Shown here one piece after another: positions 62,504 through 64,000 of a stretch of 64,000 nucleotides of DNA (position 1 is the first letter of the stretch; the number at the start of each line of letters is the position of its first letter). The position numbers were made by a program, and so were the translations under genes. The DNA is from Dimorphilus gyrociliatus. Its lineage: Eukaryota; Animalia; Annelida. The stretch spans positions 8,802-72,801 of the forward strand of contig CAJFCJ010000055.1 of NCBI GenBank assembly GCA_904063045.1, given 5' to 3'. The notes beneath the pieces were generated by a model that saw only the letters and a program-made list of their open reading frames with translations, had not been told where the DNA came from and did no database searches.

Positions 62504-62961
62504 ATAATTATCCCATGAAACACTAGAGCAATTACCATATGTTCCAGAAATGCAAGCCTATATGAATAAGGAGAAACAAACATTACATTGCTGTTCATGA
62601 TTGGTATCAATACAATTAAATCATACTTTAAGACAAGCATCAAAAGAAATAATCTTGACTTTATACTGTCTAATATCTCTATAATTGTTTAGAAAATACC
62701 AATAAGGTCTGCAGCCAGTAGGGTCAACTTTTCATTTCAAAATGGCGGAGTAAGTGAGAGAAAGAGAGAGATTAAATAAAGTGTTACAATCTATAAAATT
62801 ACCAACTTTTGTTCATTTCACACAAATATCTAGCTGTGGGATGAAAATCTTTCACAGTTGACCAAACTCCATTTAGTGAACGTATCATAACAAAATCTTG
62901 ATTATTAACAATTGTATTTGCCGGTTGTTCAAAAATTTCGGAAATTTAATGGTGTATTATC

Positions 62962-63915
62962 GAATACGACAGAAGTCGCCCAGGGCAGAAGTCGCCCAGG
63001 ACAGAAGTCGCCCAGACATTGATAGAAGTCGCCCAGAGCTGTGACAGAAGTCGCCCAGAAGTGTGATAGAAGTCACCCAGGACTATGACAGAAGTCGCCC
63101 AGAAGTGTACTAGAAGTTTACAGTATGCTTAATAAAATGCAAAATATATGAAAATAATTTATGAAGTAGTTTGTATTTATTATTTGTAATCTCTGAGTGA
63201 TAATGAAAGAAATTGTTTTACCAGTTTTTTTTTGTAGAGTAATGTTTTACCACTTGATTTGTTGTGAAAATTGAATTGTTAGCTATTCGAATTAAGTGAT
63301 TTTCTGCATTGTAATCCTTCAAAAGTAACAATTGTTTTGATAAAAATATTAGTCTCTTTAAAATCATGTATATATCTTACAATTTTTTTTAATTCTCATG
63401 ATCTTTGACATAAGAGGTATTTGAAAGAAATTTATCAACATGGCAAAATTCTGCTTTGAATGTAGAAACAAATTTAATAAATTAAATGAAATGCATAAGA
63501 TTTTTAGTTTAAAACTCAATACTGTACTTTGTATTGTGATTGTGGGAATTTTCTGCTGTACTGATCCAAATAGAACCTCAAGTTTGTGCACAAGTTTAAG
63601 CAAATAAATGATATTTATGTGAAACCTTCAACAGAATGCCAGTATTTTATTTTAATTCATCACTATTTAGTTATTATTAAATGATGCATTCTATATTTAT
63701 TAATACTTATTATATATTTCAATTGTCAGAAATCAATAGAAACAAAGAACAAACACATTATGTCTTCTACAGTTCTAGGCGACTTCTGTCATAGTCCTGG
63801 GCGACTTCTATCACAGTTCTGGGCGACTTCTGTCACAGCTCTGGGCGACTTCTATCAATTTCTGGGCGACTTCTGTCCTGGGCGACTTCTGCCCTGGGCG
63901 ACTTCTGTTGTTCCC
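62962..63915. mobile_element. Non-autonomous MULE-type element, 954 bp, with repeat-array TIRs and 9-bp TSD TGTATTATC
   Basis: TSD at 62953-62961 and 63916-63924; multiple (GAC)AGAAGTCGCCCAG copies at 62968-63105 and inverted CTGGGCGACTTCT copies at 63775-63907; carries an LTR-A end fragment at 63523-63600. Confidence 0.9.
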
Positions 63916-64000
63916 TGTATTATCGTGCCATGTAAAATCTTTGGAATAGTTTCCTGTTGTTCCTATTCTCCTTAGGCCTAAAAAGTAGTAATTCTTAGTC

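Noticed and set aside
62968-63907. GACAGAAGTCGCCCAG arrays as a CRISPR array
   Set aside because: Units are 13-16 bp with 0-10 bp gaps, occur as an inverted pair bounded by a 9-bp TSD, have no cas genes nearby and sit in eukaryotic DNA; they are transposon TIRs.

Overview
Very AT-rich animal genomic DNA with tiny GT-AG introns (about 50-80 nt) and TTAGGG-type repeats. GRL101-like, SRCR, NLR and polycystin genes suggest a compact lophotrochozoan genome such as a meiofaunal annelid; this is inference only. No rRNA, tRNA or CRISPR array was seen. The window is a transposon-dense cluster of immune and sensory receptor genes. (1) A CARD-like/NACHT/ribonuclease-inhibitor-type-LRR NLR gene (minus strand, about 5.1-11.5 kb) is split by a 935-bp solo LTR with a perfect 5-bp TSD. 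(2) A decayed Ty3/Gypsy element (39.7-46.8 kb) has an integrase frame that runs straight into an internal signal peptide and a class III viral fusogen-like env (rhabdovirus/chuvirus G type); two more divergent env remnants lie at 13-14.5 kb and 57 kb. (3) Several intron-containing PHD-FLYWCH-MULE transposase elements are present, one complete with TIRs and a 9-bp TSD, plus MULE-type MITEs carrying telomere-like repeats. (4) Two intronless class A GPCR paralogs flank an SRCR/CTLD/LDLa/LRR GRL101-like receptor. (5) A discoidin-bearing polycystin-1-like pseudogene and TRIM, SEA, FAMeT-like, Tc1 and LINE fragments complete the set. The most notable system is the env-carrying Gypsy family, with a Pol-fused class III fusogen and LTRs bearing divergent TATA boxes.
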